Positions 29,541 through 41,600 of a DNA stretch of 64,000 bases are shown here, piece by piece; within the stretch, counting starts at the first letter, position 1; each line of letters opens with the position of its first letter. This DNA comes from Balanoglossus misakiensis. Lineage: Eukaryota; Animalia; Hemichordata. The stretch spans positions 5,070,509 to 5,134,508 of the forward strand of contig CM082586.2 of NCBI GenBank assembly GCA_040954595.2, read 5' to 3'. The notes under the pieces are model-generated. The model was given only the letters and a program-made list of their open reading frames with translations, was not told the origin of the DNA and searched no databases. The position numbers and the translations under genes were made by a program.

Positions 29541-32500
29541 TCAGACGAAGCCATCGGCGATACCGTCAAAGCCGTGGCGTCCACATTTCCTCCCGGCCAA
29601 CTGGCATCCCAACGTTAAAGCTGGTAAGAGTCTTTGTCTTCGGCTGAGACCGAAGATAACGCCGGCATTGAAGGTGTCACCGGCAGCCAGCGTGTCCACG
29701 AGAGGATCAGGAGGATATGCCCGGGAGTGGAGGATCTCGCCATCTGCAGAGTCCTGACCCCAGGCCCCATGCTCACCCCACGCACACACCAATGCAGCCC
29801 TGCGAAACAAATAACAAAAACAGATCTCGAGAATCGAAATGAAGCACTCTTTACCAAACCCCTGCCCATTCGTTCAAAAACATGTACACGAAACGAGCTT
29901 CTGATCTTGCAGACGACAATTTTCACATGTCGTCTCCTGTCAAATTTGAGAATTATTTTTTTAGTCAGGTCGTTCACTTTAAAACGCACATATTTTCGGA
30001 TTTTGTCGTCCACTGAGGAAAAGATTACTTGGAAAGTAGCCAAAGTATTTTTCCCCTTAAAGATGTTTCATCGCCCGAGAAAAAGAGAGATAAATCCAGT
30101 CGGTGGCTCGAAGTGATGCTCGGCTTAGGATAAATCTTTTGTTGTGTTTTGTGAGTCGGCGCGGCTCGCGAAAAACAAAATTACACGCAGACAATAAACC
30201 GATGCAAAAGATGTTGAAGACACAAGACAAATATGCGCGCATCGACAAATGATTGCGTAAATGAGAGCTCTACCCCTTAAAGGGGCAATTTTCAATCCCT
30301 GGTTCTGCCGTTAGCTCACGTTGCTAAGAAAGTTTATGTGGTGGAAAGGTTTTGTTTTGTAGTGAAATATTTATCCCGCAAATCCATTTGCTGTTAGATG
30401 AAAGCTGATAAAGACCATGCGCCTTTAAAAAGAAGCTGATTCTCACTGGCAAGAACAGTTTCCATGTGCACGAAACCGACCGTCCGGTCTTGCCTCAAAA
30501 GCCCATGTATTTGTAAGAGAAATAAGCTACAGTCGGCGCCCCAGGACTTCTTTCAGAAAAAAAAGAAAACTTTAAAAAAAGAATGTATGATGAAATACTC
30601 ATTGTGGTGATGGCTTTTGAGTATCTATAAACTTAAATGAATGAAAGGTTTAATTTTCCCACGGAACAATTAATGGAAACTGATTCAGTCGACTGGAGAC
30701 AATTGTCAACTCTTCATTGTGATCGGATGAAATTGCCCCGTTTTTTTTCTGTTTTCCTTGTGTGTGTTATATTCTGCCACTAAAGCTCACCCCTTTTTCA
30801 GTTTTGGGTAAATATTCTTCAATGCTTCTTCTGCTGTTTGGTAACCGAAGTGTTTTGCATAATCTTTGCTCACAAATACCTGCAAAGGGATAAAAATGGC
30901 CTCAGCGTATGTTGCGGACATAAAAAAAAACCTTGTTATGCTAGTCTTACTTTGTGCGTGCGACACTTCTCGTCTGTGAGGTGACAATATGCCACAAATT
31001 TTTGGTCGAGTTCAAAATGGCCGCCACGCACTAATAGGAGCGATAATTCCTATTTTCAGCTCGGATATTTCTATAATGGTTATTTTTTGTTCTGTATGAT
31101 TGTATACACATAACCTACCACGTCTCCAAATTGCATGAGTTCGTGAATATTTCTCTTGGGTTTTTCAAGTTCTACCGATATTGTTATCTTATCTTCTGTC
31201 TTCTGTTGTGAGTTGTTAAACTTCTCCAGCAAAGACATCATTTTCATAACTTCAGTGACGTTTCTACCCTAAACAAACAAACAAACAAACACACACACAA
31301 GGAAAATTTAGCGCACGATCGGGAATATCCGCTGAATGATTTCGGTGGCGTTTTGCGTTGGGAAGTGAACTTGGGGTACAATATGCATCGCGCACGTATA
31401 TGCATAATACCTAGCTGCGGGGAACGTGGAAACGAAACCTGGAGGAGACAAGTTTAAGGCGGATAACGATGTCGTGACAGTACTCCGAGCTGGATATTAT
31501 TTGGGTCAAGATTTTGGAGCGATGACAATGCACCTTGACTTCCTAGGAACTTGTCTCTCAGCCGATTCCAAATCCCCATCAGCTTTCGATAGTCTGATTA
31601 TTATATACGAGATGGTCGCCATTGAGCTGTTGCACAAATGGGCAGATAGTAAACCATTCCCCGGGCGCCGGTCACAAATCTCCCCAGTGCCATACCGACT
31701 CCCATATCTATTAATTTCCATATTGTCAACCCACCCCCTATTAGTTAGGGAAACCCCGGAATAATGACTCCAAATATCACGCACAATGGCCGCTTAGAAA
31801 CTGCCAAGCGAGTGCAGAAATAACATATAATTTTCTTTTTTTTTCATCCGGCGGTCTCGAAAGCACGGTGAACGTAAAAGACCCGAGCATATTAGAAATC
31901 TCAACGATAAATGTTAATATGTGATTTTTAAAAACCTAATGGTTCTGTCGGTTTTGTATGAAGATAAGCCGCTTACGGCAAATCAATGCACGTTTGCGTT
32001 CAATTGTCCGGTAAATGGCTCCCGGCCACATCAAGTCGGATTTTTGTTACTGCCGTAACTATCCATTCGCTCGGATTGTTATCCAAAGGGTGTGTTTCAA
32101 GTTCGACGTCGACCGCCTGGGTATGATTCAAGTTTGGGTTTTATCGCGGTACTCCCGGCTGCACAGAGGTGCGCGTGGCAAAATTCATAATTTTACGTGA
32201 AATTTCCTACGTCTTGCTTCAACAAATCAGCGATGAAATATGGGATGCGTATTCGGGAGATATGAGATTTGAAGTATGGGTATGTTTGTTCAAACGACAA
32301 AGTTAATCGGTTGAAATGAAAAACAAAAATCCGTAAAAAATCGTCTCCCTTTTGACATATTTTGGTTCTTTCACTTTCATTTGCGTTGTTCTGAATCATC
32401 TGTTGTTACCACTCAACGCACACCAGGTGTATTAATTTGCATAACATGTAAATGAATACTGCAGTGCAATTTCGGGGTATTGTTCATTTGGGTTGTAAGA

Positions 32501-34239
32501 AGCGTGGAAGATGATAGCCATCCAACAGAATCGATTCTAGGATATAACTATACGACGGAACTGAACCTGTGCCAATGTGTTGTTGCAACTAGTCTAGCGT
32601 TGATCAAAATTATTCAAGAAGAAATCCACTAAAATGGCAGAATATTGCAAATATCGTTGCTATGCTTTCACAGAGAAATTTTGTGCTGGAATTGATGTGG
32701 GCATTCCCGGATGCTCGGCCGGAAGTTACGATTTGGCTTGTCCGAGTAGAATCGCGAGGTGGTGAAAGATGTTGAATCCACGTCTCAAAGATGCACTGAA
32801 AAATTTAGCAGCACAAGAGAAAAACACACAAAACTGACTTAGCTTTCTACTGACAAAACAACTTAATGGCACGGCCATAAGAGATATTTCAGCTTTGTTT
32901 AATTATTCATACCTCAAAATGAATCCAAGCGTAGTGACTGAGGTTTAGCTTTTCAAAGTCTTCCAGCTTTAATTCCGGTAGATTTCTGAGGATTAGAAAA
33001 ACAGAAAGCACTGTGTATTTCTTTCCTTTGAATACGCCATTCGTCTCGCACGCCAATTTCTACATTGACATCTCGCGTTTCATGCTCCCTAAATATCAAT
33101 CGCAACAAGGAAACCCATTGCAGGCAAACATTGGGTTATAATACTGACTCGCAGGTACGTTATTTGTCAAGATTATCACTTTAAATAATTTAGTGAGATT
33201 TGGAAGACAGGATATTGCTTGTTGGTTTTTAACGCCCAGATAGCAAGTCTCCAGGTTTCACGTTACTCGCAATTATTGCGTGCACATTAATAATAATGAT
33301 AACGATGATGATGATATGCATATATTTCTATCAAAACTTTCATTACATATGCAGATAAGTATTTTACATGCTAACCAATCCGAGAATAGTTATGGAATAC
33401 ACGAATTTCGGAATGGTCTTATTAGTCCCAGTTCAAAATTTCATGGTGGACAGACACATGCACGTGTATCATGGTGATATATCCAGGTCCCTCCCCCCAC
33501 CCCACCCTTGCAAGCATATTGCAAAAAATTCCAAGAAGGCACTTTAACTGCTGACACAAAAAATAAACATCACACAGCTAGAATCAAATAATATTTTAAA
33601 AGCCCTTAAGTACACACTAAAACCGATTTCCATCATGCAGTCGTTATGTAAATAGCGATTAGAAAATCTAAAAGACGAAATTCTAAGCTTTCAGTAGTAC
33701 ACTTTGCATTGCCCGTTTGTGAATCTTCAGTGATTTACAGAGAATTGTTTGCGTGAAGCGGTTTTCTTTGACATCTTTAGCTTCTAATAGAATTAAGAGT
33801 TCAGCGAAATCCCGAAAAAAGGTTTCGCTTCAAGGGGACGCTATCGCCTAGGTCGCATCTGTGACGGAACAATATCACAGTGATTAAAGTGAACAGTTGG
33901 ATCCAAGGTGACATGATGTCAACTGTCCTGTAGCAGAAACAGAGAAACATCCATTTCAGGCTTCTCTGTCTGTCTTGGCGCCCCGTCGACCCGGTGATAT
34001 TTACACCTACTAATGTACACTGTACTTGTTTGCGTGACAGTGTGGGTGCATTAGGTACACATCCTTGGAGCACTTGCAATACGTTCTTAGCGGGAGGAGG
34101 TCACTTTGTCGGAATAGAAGGGGTAATGCAGCCATCTATAATCTAATACTTATAGTTGGCAGGAAAACATAACATTTGACAATTGAAATATGTATATGGT
34201 GAAATATGGGATGTGGTGTATAGCTACAACTGTGATCAG

Positions 34240-34272
<33 letters not shown>

Positions 34273-35431
34273 CAAACAAACAAACAAACAAACAAACAAA
34301 CAAACAAACAAACAAACAAACAAAAAAACAAACAATCAATCAATCGATCAATCAATCAATCAATCAATGTATATATGAGTAAAAATAACCAATAAAATGA
34401 ACTTTTATATGGCAGAGAATTTTCACATACTTGTTTCCATGCATGATGGTCCGTGTCGCCGTTTTTGAATTGATGATAATACAGGATGTTGGTACCATGC
34501 AGTTGTCATGGTAAACGCAATTGTCCGCCTTGACGCCATATTTATGCAAATCATCCAAGATGAAACTGGGGCAAGAGAGGTATGGAAGGAAAAAAAGTCA
34601 AATACATGTTTAGTCAAAACTTGAGGACAGAATGGAAATGGCCAATAGCAACCATACCAAACAACAGGTCTTTAACAAAGTTTCTCTAAGAAATGGGCTG
34701 AATAACATCAATATGTCATTGTCTTGACTTACTCAGATAACCTGTGTTTGGCCAATGTTCCCAGGTATTCACATTGGACGCCAAGTTGTGACAGTACGAC
34801 CGAAGAATTACCAGCATTTCCTCCCCTCAGCCAATGCTGTGCCTTGCATCTGTAATACAGAAGGCAATTTCACACATTTTGGGTGTTTTCTGTTTATTGT
34901 GTTTATGTAAAAATATATACATGAGTAAAAACCAAATTTACATTGTACATGTATAGTAGTACTAAGCAAACACAGAACGTGAAATGAACCCCAGAACGCC
35001 CCCAACGCCAGTTTTGATATTTTTGGCTTTGAAAGGTTGGCGTAGGTGATGCACTTCACAAGCAGGAATCACAAGCACAGGTACCAGGAAGTCGAAACGT
35101 GGTCATTTTTAAAACACCAAACGAAACTGCATTGATCCAAAGACCACGCCCCCGTGATGTGAGACTATACTGAGCGTAGGCTAGTGTCGTACTGATCAGC
35201 GCCTACTGGTACTTATGACTAATGAGCCAGTCGTCACCACCAGACATGCTGAATGTTAATTGCTGACAAGTGACATGCAATGATGCATAATTCAGGCCCA
35301 GTACAACACCATTCCTTCACATGATGGACTTTGACATACCTATTGTCTGTATCTTCTTCGGGAAACTGTTCCAAAATGTTGACGATGTCCAAACATGTCA
35401 ATCCTGCTATCAAAATCCTTTTCTCGCCCAT
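29541..35431 (-). CDS. KHK: Ketohexokinase (fructokinase, PfkB/ribokinase family), 7 exons, 304 aa
   Basis: Exons 35431-35340, 34849-34733, 34565-34431, 32985-32913, 31268-31119, 30879-30791 and 29799-29541 are all GT-AG and splice in frame (915 nt). Motifs: GLTCLDIVN, RGGNAGNSSVVLSQLG, WIHFEGRN, ISVELEKP, VFVSKDYAKHFGY and PfkB signature VDTLAAGDTFNAG. Confidence 0.97.
34240..34367. repeat. (CAAT)n-(CAAA)n-(CAAT)n microsatellite in KHK intron 3
   Basis: Directly visible in the sequence. Confidence 0.97.
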
Positions 35432-35561
35432 CTTAAAAGGGTGAACACTACCACTGTACCAGATTTCTTCATTTGATATTGGATTGACCTTTGACCAGGG
35501 CCCGGAAAAGGTCAGGTGACAAAATCCCGTCGTGCAATGCGGTATTGCCCTTTACTCTAAA
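35432..35561. promoter_or_regulatory. Bidirectional promoter KHK/ABT1
   Basis: Divergent start codons are separated by only 130 bp. The interval contains ATTGG (CCAAT), an ETS-like CCGGAA and TGACCTTTGACC (nuclear-receptor DR1-like); YY1-like AAAATGGC overlaps the ABT1 ATG. Confidence 0.7.
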
Positions 35562-37494
35562 ATGGCTGCCACCATGCGAATGCGGAAGAAACGTGGATAC
35601 GCGACGGATGAAGTTGTGGCCTTCGGTAAGGGCAAAATTAACCGATTTAAAATTAAATTATGGACATTTATGGGATCTGGTTCACTTAGTGGACACGACT
35701 ATACCCCATGGGCGTTACCATGGTTTTTTAGGGTTAGGGTTAGGAGGGTTAGGGTTAGGTATGAACTCACCCTCACATTGCCACCCCTAACCCTCCTAAC
35801 CCTAACCCTAACTCACCCTCATTGACATGGTATCGTTGCCATGGGGTATAGTCGTGTCCACTAAGAGAACCAGATCCCATTTATGTGTAAGAGAGCCTGT
35901 TCGCCATAAAATAGATAGTCCTAAAACGCCCGTGTACCAAGTCATCCATGTCTCCGTTCTGCTGAGCTGTGAGTGTGAGCCCTACCACTTACATACAACC
36001 CACGGTCTCAGAACACAGTCCCTGTGCTACAGACAAACAGGGAAGTGACCGATAGGGCTAATGGACTCGCAGCAAGGCTCCACGATTCCTGATGGCGACC
36101 GAGTGTCCTGAATCCTGAGTGTCATTCATTAGACAGACATTAGATACCATCTTCTGGATTAGGATAATAATCACTATTGAAATTGCGTTAATCATGTAAC
36201 TTCTGTGTCAATTTCACCTCAGCAGATGACAGGAAATCGAGGCCTGTGAAAAAACAGCTGAGAGATGGGAACGATGATGATGACACGGAAGATGCCAGAT
36301 TTGCTGCCTTGAAGACTGATGAACGTTTTTCTCACTTGAGAGATGATGATGATGATGATGACATTGATGGTGATGACATTGATGGTGATGATGATGATGA
36401 CATTGATGATGATGATGATGATGATGATGACGACGACGACGATGGCAAATCAAAAGAAGGGGACGTTGATGGTGATGACAATCAGCAAGAAAAATGTGAT
36501 GACCATGACACTGACGCCACAACAGACAAAATCACCAAAAGGAAATTTCACTCAGAGAAAGCATCCGAGAGGAATAAATTGACCCCTGGAATTATTTATT
36601 TGAGTAAAATCCCACCGTTCATGAAACCCAGTCGGATAAAATTGATTTTCAGCCAGTTTGGTGAAGTGGGAAGATTGTTCCTGCAACCAGAAAGTAAGTG
36701 TTGCTTTTGCTGTGAAATGGTGGATTTTTTACTCTGGCCAAGATTGTGCAAAGAGCTTGTGTCACTATATTGCCGTATTTTGTGAATAGTGCTACATAGG
36801 TATTTTCTTCTTTGAAAATTATTTTGAAAATGGTTTGGTCCTGTTTATTACTTTCCACATGAAGATTTCAGTATATGTCTTTATATGCCATAGATTGAAG
36901 ATCCTTTTCATATTCCAATTTTCTGTGAGTCCCTCAGAAGCGACTGATTATGATTGGTGACATCTTAGCAAAATAAATCTTTGTTATGATTATCCAACAG
37001 CGAAATTCAAAAGGAAAGTGAGAAAGAAACATGGCGGGAATTCCTCCAAGTCGTTCGAAGAGGGCTGGGTGGAGTTCAAGGACAAGAGGACTGCCAAGCG
37101 CGTGGCTTGGACGTTGAACAACACCGCCATCGGCGGGAAGAAGCGCAGCCGCTACCACTACGACATCTGGAACATCAAGTACCTGCACCGCTTCCGCTGG
37201 ACGCACCTCAACGAGAAGCTGGCGTACGAGCGGGCGGTCCACGGCCAGCGGCTGCGGACGGAGATCTCGCAGGCCCGCAGGGAGACCTCCTTCTACCTGA
37301 AGAGCGTCCAGCAGAAGAGGATGGTGGACGAGATTCAGGAGCGGAGGCGGAAGAAGGGGCAGGACGTGAAAACTTTCGAGAAGAAGTTCCGACAGAGAGC
37401 GACGCAGGACGAGTTGAACGCAGAGCCGGAAAGACAGCAAGGAAACGCTGTAAAGTCGAACTTCTTGTCAAAGATATTCAAAGGTGGCTCGTGA
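35562..37494 (+). CDS. ABT1: Activator of basal transcription 1 / pre-rRNA processing protein Esf2 (RRM), 3 exons
   Basis: Exons 35562-35625 ([10 protein letters not shown]..., donor G|gtaagg), 36223-36693 (Asp-rich tract, then [15 protein letters not shown]...[12 protein letters not shown]) and 37001-37494 ([18 protein letters not shown]...[12 protein letters not shown]...[18 protein letters not shown]) join in frame. Exon 1 is inferred from splice phase only. Confidence 0.95.
35672..35878. mobile_element. Non-autonomous palindromic DNA element (MITE) with internal telomere-like repeats, in ABT1 intron 1
   Basis: About 50-bp terminal inverted repeats (gggatctggttcacttagtggacacgactataccccatgg / ccatggggtatagtcgtgtccactaagagaaccagatccc) are flanked by the direct repeat ATTTAT at 35666-71 and 35879-84. 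TTAGGG-type and CCCTAA-type arrays lie inside. Confidence 0.9.
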
Positions 37495-38035
37495 TGGGAA
37501 CATGTGAACTTTGACCTTTTATGTAAATCGTCAGATTTGGACTTTGACATCTGCCACAGCTTTGTAGATAATTTATGTTGATCAAATAAATATCTGTTTG
37601 ATTAAAGGTGATTGAGTGTGATTTGTTTGCATGTGTGGTTGCGATTGTGGTCTTACCTTTGGTCCATAAGTTATATGGAAGTTGTTTGTTGCCTGCAGGC
37701 TGATTGACAAAATTAATCAAATGTAGCAACTGGATTAGCACTCCCAGGAAAGTTCTGGAATTCTTAACCCTGGATAAATACCAAGCCATGGAGCTAAGAA
37801 AAACTGATCCGACTTGAAACGAAAAACGAAAGTATTCAAATGCTGGACAATCGTGATGGCGGCAGTATTAAGCGCAGAATTTGTAGAACGTCATAACACA
37901 AAAATTATATTGTGCAAAAGTTGCACAAAATTCAGTTCAAAAATATAGAAAAGATTTATTTAAAACAATAATGCATTAAAGGTAACGTATACATAAAAAT
38001 CTACGAAATACACGAGCGAAAATGTGTGCTGATGG

Positions 38036-38159
38036 CCCAGGGGAGTTACTCCCACTATTTTCCCACGGGGGTGTGCGGCCCATTAAGTTACAATGTAAAA
38101 ACACCAAGCTTCCGGCACGTACATACCCGTGCACTTTTCTATAGGAGTGCACCCCCGGG
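38036..38159. mobile_element. Short MITE-like element just upstream of the ADHFE1 start codon
   Basis: Imperfect TIRs cccaggggagttactcc / ggagtgcacccccggg are flanked by gatgg / gatga. Confidence 0.5.
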
Positions 38160-38206
38160 GATGACATAATCTGATACAGATCCAGGCATTCGGAGGTCAG
38201 GTCAAG

Positions 38207-38571
38207 ATGGCAGCTGCGAGAGAAGGGGTTGTGAGCTTGCTTCGTACGATCGGCAGTGCAACGTGAGTATTTTGAGTATTTGCATTGTGTAAAACAGATA
38301 AACACATGCGTTGATTGGTGTAAATGGTCATATATGCCCGATGCCTGCTCAGTAACAAGCTTTCCGTGATGCACTGACTGAAGTTCGGTGGTGGGTCGGT
38401 CAGGGTGGTGATGTAACTTTGTAAACAAAACTGATCGCAGGCATTCGGGACAGATATGACTGTAGGCAACTAGGCATATGGCCAGGCCGATGTTACGACA
38501 ACCAGTGATCGCGATGCCTATGTATGCCAGATGCATCAGTGGGACATTGCGATCGCTGGTTGATTTGAGGG

Positions 38572-38656
<85 letters not shown>

Positions 38657-41600
38657 GGAACAAAAGCCCACCCCCCTTGTAAGTACTGAAGGCTCCCTAT
38701 ACTGTATTCACAACAGATGCAGATGCCCGGCCCATTCACAAGCATACAGTCTGGGAGGCTATGGCGGAGTTGCAACGACACATTCTGTGTTGTCCAACAT
38801 CAAGAAGTGTTCAACAGAGTCAAGTCCATCAAAAGAATATGCGTTTGAGGTGAGCATTGACAGAGTAGACACTGATAAATCATGGGGAAAATTTTAGCAG
38901 TGGATCAAGGTACGCAATTCTGGAAGTGAAGATTGTGTTCATTTTATTTCTCTATTTTTAAACCAGATGGTGTGAAGTAGAGAATGTATTCGTTTTATTT
39001 CTATTTTTTAAAAACAGATGGCGTGTAGTAATATTCGGTATGGCATAGGAGTCACACAAGAAATTGGAATGGTAAGTGATTTCAGATGATTTGGGGTCAG
39101 GGTGGTTAAATGAATGTTTGCTTGTAATTTGAGGGGATGTCTGAATAGTTGTGATGAAAAAGTAAATACCAAATAATCATGCACATCTCATCCTTTTTCT
39201 TGCAGGACTTTCAAAATCTGAAAGCCAAAAATGTGTGTGTTGTCACCGACGAAAAGGTAACTGATGTATAATAGTCTATGGCAAATTTGACACTGTAATA
39301 TTTTCGTGTCCTGTTTTCCACATTTGACAATAGTTGGTTGACTGCCTTGTTCTTGCCATCATAAAAATTCTTTATGCAAAGTTTGGAATTCACAAGAGAC
39401 TCAGAGTGTTAAGAAACAGAGATAAAGAATTTTGTACATTTGTTTCAACTTTGTAGCTGTCAAGCCTCCCTCCAGTGAAAGCTGCCATTGAGTCTCTGGA
39501 AAGACACCATGTAAAGTACAGTCTGTTTGAAGATGTCAGGGTCGAACCAACGGACAGCAGGTAAAGTAGGGTGTTATTTGAGGGGCTAGATATCAGACGA
39601 GTGATGCTGACTTCACTAATATTGATTTGTGAAAGCAATACTTAGAAGTTGATACTTATATGCGATTTACCTTCTGGTCTGCTTTCAGTTTCAAACTTGC
39701 CATCGACTTTGCCACAAAGGGTAACTTTGATGCATTTCTAGCAGTGGGTGGTGGCTCAGTAATAGACACAGCCAAGGTCTGCAATCTATACTCCTGTAAA
39801 CCCGAGGCTGAATTCCTAGATTATGTCAATGCACCTGTGGGTAAAGGACTACCAGTCACGCATGAGCTAAAACCACTCATCGCAGGTAAGAAATATGTTT
39901 GTGGTTTGAGTGATTTCTATATGACTGCTGTGTCATAGAAAGGCAAATATACTACCAACTACTACCGGTAACAAATACTGTTTTAACTGTGATCAAGAAT
40001 GGAGTGAAATGGATTGAACATTTCAAAATTTTGGTGAATTAGTAGTGTGATTTTGGCAGGAAATTGTTGACTTGTTGTAAAACATTTTGTCGTGTCATTG
40101 GGTTTCAGTTCCGACCACTGCTGGTACTGGTAGTGAGACCACCGGAGTTGCCATATTTGACTATGAACCGCTCAGAGCTAAAACAGGTAACTTCATGTAT
40201 TGATTTTTCTCATCACTTATATTGTTGAAGGTGGTTGAACTTGTCAGTTCTTTATCACTGTTTGTGTCCCTCTTCCTCTGTATCTCAAGGCATTGGTAGC
40301 AGAGCTCTTCGTCCTCTTCTGGGTATCGTGGATCCGCTACACACCCAGCACATGCCAGAGAGAGTCACGGCCAACAGTGGCTTTGATGTCTTGTGGTAAG
40401 TCTGTCAGTTTGTTACGATCGTGGAATGATCCTCTTGTCTATAATGTCATTTGCCCTTAAATTAATCTGGTACATGATATTCTTGTCCCAGTTGTGGTTT
40501 TAAATATGCGATTTAGCATTTTGCGTGACACACCCTGGATGTGACCCAAGAGACATGCTGTCAAGATGTTGTGATAATTCCATTCTGAAATGCACACATT
40601 TTCATTCCCATTCAGCCATGCGTTGGAGTCGTACACGGCCATTCCATTTAACGAGAGGACCCCCCGTCCAAGCAATCCCATAGAGAGACCAGCCTACCAA
40701 GGCAGTAACCCAATCAGTGATATATGGTCGCTGGATTCGTTGAAGATCATCAAGAAATACATGAAAAGGTAGTACTAACTGAGATGTTGGTATCATTGTT
40801 ATCATTCGTTGATATGTATGTATTGTGTACTGTAGTGTAGTGTAGTCTGGTCTAGTCTAGTGTAGTGTCACGTTAGATATTGGTTGTTTTGGCATACTTA
40901 CTCTGTATGTAGAAATAAAGCCTAAGTCACACATCTGTGATCTTACAGAGCTGTGAATGACCCTGAGGATCTGGAGGCAAGGTCACAAATGCATCTAGCC
41001 AGTGTGTTTGCTGGTGTGGGTTTCGGAAATGCTGGTGTCCACCTCTGGTAAGTGTGCTGGCCCGAATCATCTTTGCAGATGTAAAATATTACCGTACGAT
41101 CCTTCAGTTAAGCTCCACCCATGAATAGGCACCAGACAGACCGTACTTTGTTAAATTTAACCCTTTCTTTGATAAGCACAAACGTTAATGAAAATGATAA
41201 CTGTGAAAGCTAGCAATGCTCGATGTAATCACACAGGAAGTGGCTATGTTGTTGTTGTAGTGTGTGTGTACAGCACTGTAAATTGGTCTTGTTTCCATTT
41301 TCACTATTTCCACACAGTCATGGAATGTCCTATCCAATCGCTGGCCTCGTCAAGAACTACAGAGCCAAAGACTATGATGTTGGACATCCAATTATTGTAT
41401 GTTCCATTTTACATTTTCCCATACACACAGGCACTCACAAACACACACACACACACACATACGCCAACAACAATAACTAATTTCAGGCGCTGACCTCAGA
41501 AAATAAAGTATCATACATAAATACAGATCGGGAAATCAAGCGCAGAAAACATCATGTGGTCACCATATTTGGTGACGATTCACATTTTAATCATGTGACT

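Noticed and set aside
35727-35812. Head-to-head TTAGGG/CCCTAA as a chromosome-fusion scar
   Set aside because: The arrays are short and enclosed by non-telomeric TIRs with a target duplication, which an insertion explains better.
36214-37514. His-rich, Met-rich and antisense ORFs over ABT1
   Set aside because: They are shadow frames of the poly-Asp tract and the GC3-rich exon.
37976-38897. 231-aa poly-Met ORF (minus) and poly-Ile ORF (plus)
   Set aside because: Both are products of the intronic (CAT)n repeat; only 38207-38262 and 38717-38849 are real ADHFE1 exons.
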